A stretch of DNA of 64,000 nt from Neovahlkampfia damariscottae (taxonomy: Eukaryota), in contig JABLTG010000033.1 in NCBI GenBank assembly GCA_016618085.1, positions 1 through 64,000 on the forward strand, given 5' to 3'. Below, piece after piece: positions 62,143 through 64,000 of the stretch. Position 1 is the stretch's first letter, and each line of letters begins with the position of its first letter. The notes below the pieces were generated by a model. That model did not search any database, was not told the DNA's origin, and worked only from the letters and a program-made list of their open reading frames with translations. A program made the translations under genes and the position numbers.

Positions 62143-62880
62143 ATGTCCTTTTCTCACGAATATAGTTTTCCATCTGAAAGACCAAATACTGTTCAAACAA
62201 CAAGTGAAGGTCATAATTTGAAACAGAATGAAGAAGACATTGGTGACTTAATAGATGACTTAATACATCATACAACAACTCTTTGTTTTAGTGCTATTCC
62301 TGTACAAAAGACATGTGAAGAAGAACCATCACCACTTCGTACAGTGGATGGATTTGATGATTTCCTTGATGACATGTCAGTTTCTGACACTGGTGCATTT
62401 TCTCAACCACTTGGAAAAGTACCTGTTTCAAAAACTGACATGGATCTCTTGGAAAGAATCTTGAACATTGCTGTCGAAAAAACGGATGACAATTCCAACA
62501 ACACCAATGTCAAACAATATCAAGGACGAGTTAAACAAAAAAACAACATTGTTTACCACCCTTATTTACGTCTACCTCAAAAATCCACAACAGAAGAACT
62601 TAAACCGAATGTTGTTGCAAAGGAAAGAAATTATGCGATGGACAAAAACACACCACATGCAATAACAAAGTGTACTGCAAAAAATTGTCTACATCTCCAA
62701 AACTACAAAACAGTCGCAGAAGCAAGACAAGCAAAATTAGATCCATCAAAAAGATTCAAAAAAATGAAAGGTGCTCCATACAAATGTGCTTGTGGGGCAC
62801 CAGTAAAATATTATGTTGAAGATATAGATTTGTGGGTTGGCTCTACAAGATTTGCACATTACAAAAAAAAAAAAAAATAA
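62143..62880 (+). CDS. Hypothetical protein with a C-terminal Cys/His cluster
   Basis: 245-aa ORF; C....C and CACG; basic C-terminus; unusually long flanking intergenic regions. Confidence 0.7.
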   Translation: MSFSHEYSFPSERPNTVQTTSEGHNLKQNEEDIGDLIDDLIHHTTTLCFSAIPVQKTCEEEPSPLRTVDGFDDFLDDMSVSDTGAFSQPLGKVPVSKTDMDLLERILNIAVEKTDDNSNNTNVKQYQGRVKQKNNIVYHPYLRLPQKSTTEELKPNVVAKERNYAMDKNTPHAITKCTAKNCLHLQNYKTVAEARQAKLDPSKRFKKMKGAPYKCACGAPVKYYVEDIDLWVGSTRFAHYKKKKK

Positions 62881-63279
62881 AATTTTTGTTTTTTTTGTTT
62901 GTTTATAGTTTGGTAATAATCCTCTCATTATATCAAAACCAGAAAATGGTGATTTTCAAAACTTTAGAATTGATTCTAAAGATTATCCCAATTTGGTTAA
63001 TTCCTTTATCCAATGATTTCGAATTATCACCCATATACCCAAATATTATGAATTATTTCAATATAAAATCAAAAAATAATGATATAGATTTAAATACCGT
63101 TAATTTTTTTCAACGTTTAGTTTTCTCATCCAATTAAAACCCAAATAGAAACGAACGAAGCAAAGTCAATCAAAAATGACCCAATGAGCTTCCTTTTACG
63201 GTTAAATAAAAGAGCAATTAGCTTCATTTTAGCTTCTAATTCAAAACAAACAAAATTATTCAAACCCTAACACACCAAA

Positions 63280-64000
63280 ATGACACAAATCCTCAGAAAT
63301 CTGAATACAGTTGACGAAATACCAAAACGTACAACGTCAGATACTTTCAAAAGCTTCAGAGACCTTAACTCTTATGGAATTAAAAAACCAAAATACGTTA
63401 TTAGAAATGCTAAAGCTGAACAACTTTATCAATTCTCTTTGAAACATGATAAAAGACAAACTTCAATTTCATCAACTGGAGCACTTTTATGTTACTCAGG
63501 AGAAAAAACTGGACGTTCACCAAATGATAAAAGAATTGTTGCTGAATCTTCAACTCAAAAAGATATTGGTAAGTTTTAAAAAAATTAAAAATTCTCGTTG
63601 GATAGATTGGGGTTCCATCAACATTAAACAAACTGAAGAAGATTTTAAAAAACAAAGAGCACATTGTATTGAATGCTTAAACTCACTTGAAAGATTATAC
63701 GTTGTTGATTGTTATGCTTCATGGGATAAAAACTATCGCTTAAAAGTTAGAGTAGTTTGTACATCCGCTTATCATGCTCAATTCATGACAAATATGTTAA
63801 TCAAACCAACTGAAGAAGAATTAGAAGATTTTGTACCTGACTTCACCATTTTCAATGCAGGTGCTTTTAAAGCTTTAAAACTTGAACAATCAGAAACTTG
63901 TGTTAGTTTAAACTTCAAAGCAGCTGAAATGGTAATCTTAGGAACAGAATATGCAGGAGAAATGAAAAAAGGAGTTTTCACAGTTCTTAATTATTTAATG
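63280..64000 (+). CDS. pckA: ATP-dependent phosphoenolpyruvate carboxykinase (cut by the window edge at its 3' end; 1 intron seen)
   Basis: TGAL...SGEKTGRSP.DKRIV, AYHA.FM.NMLI.P, ILGTEYAGEMKKG.F. Confidence 0.95.

Overview
Very AT-rich, extremely gene-dense eukaryotic (protist) DNA in the standard genetic code, with about 50 protein genes. Most genes are broken by tiny GT-AG introns (mostly ~29-50 nt, some flanking 10-14 nt micro-exons), so the ORF track fragments or misses many of them. Gene content and style suggest a heterolobosean-like amoeboflagellate; this is inference only. Recognisable genes include a Ras-like GTPase, prefoldin 6, a SET protein, EAF6, a bacterial-type PEP synthase, ATG2-like, MPC1, ITFG2, Rab6, poly(A) polymerase, a P450, SUMO, an inositol 5-phosphatase, an M28 peptidase, DCN1-like and PEPCK. 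Top observations: (1) a decayed Fanzor2/TnpB-type element with a structured omega-RNA-like 3' end at the left edge; (2) a GNAT acetyltransferase whose frame is interrupted by TGA followed by the CAA-TTA readthrough motif; (3) a CH-filamin protein fused to a SopB/IpgD-like phosphoinositide phosphatase; (4) a nucleotidyltransferase fused to a degenerate Rnl1-like ligase, plus a decayed duplicate; (5) a small HEPN/DUF4145-like protein with two lipidation signals; (6) SPX-AstE, Atg29-like and mini-Rad52-like genes; (7) a window-wide grammar of ATG-proximal CCAAT boxes and stop codons embedded in AATAAA. All calls come from manual translation and motif recognition; no database searches were run.
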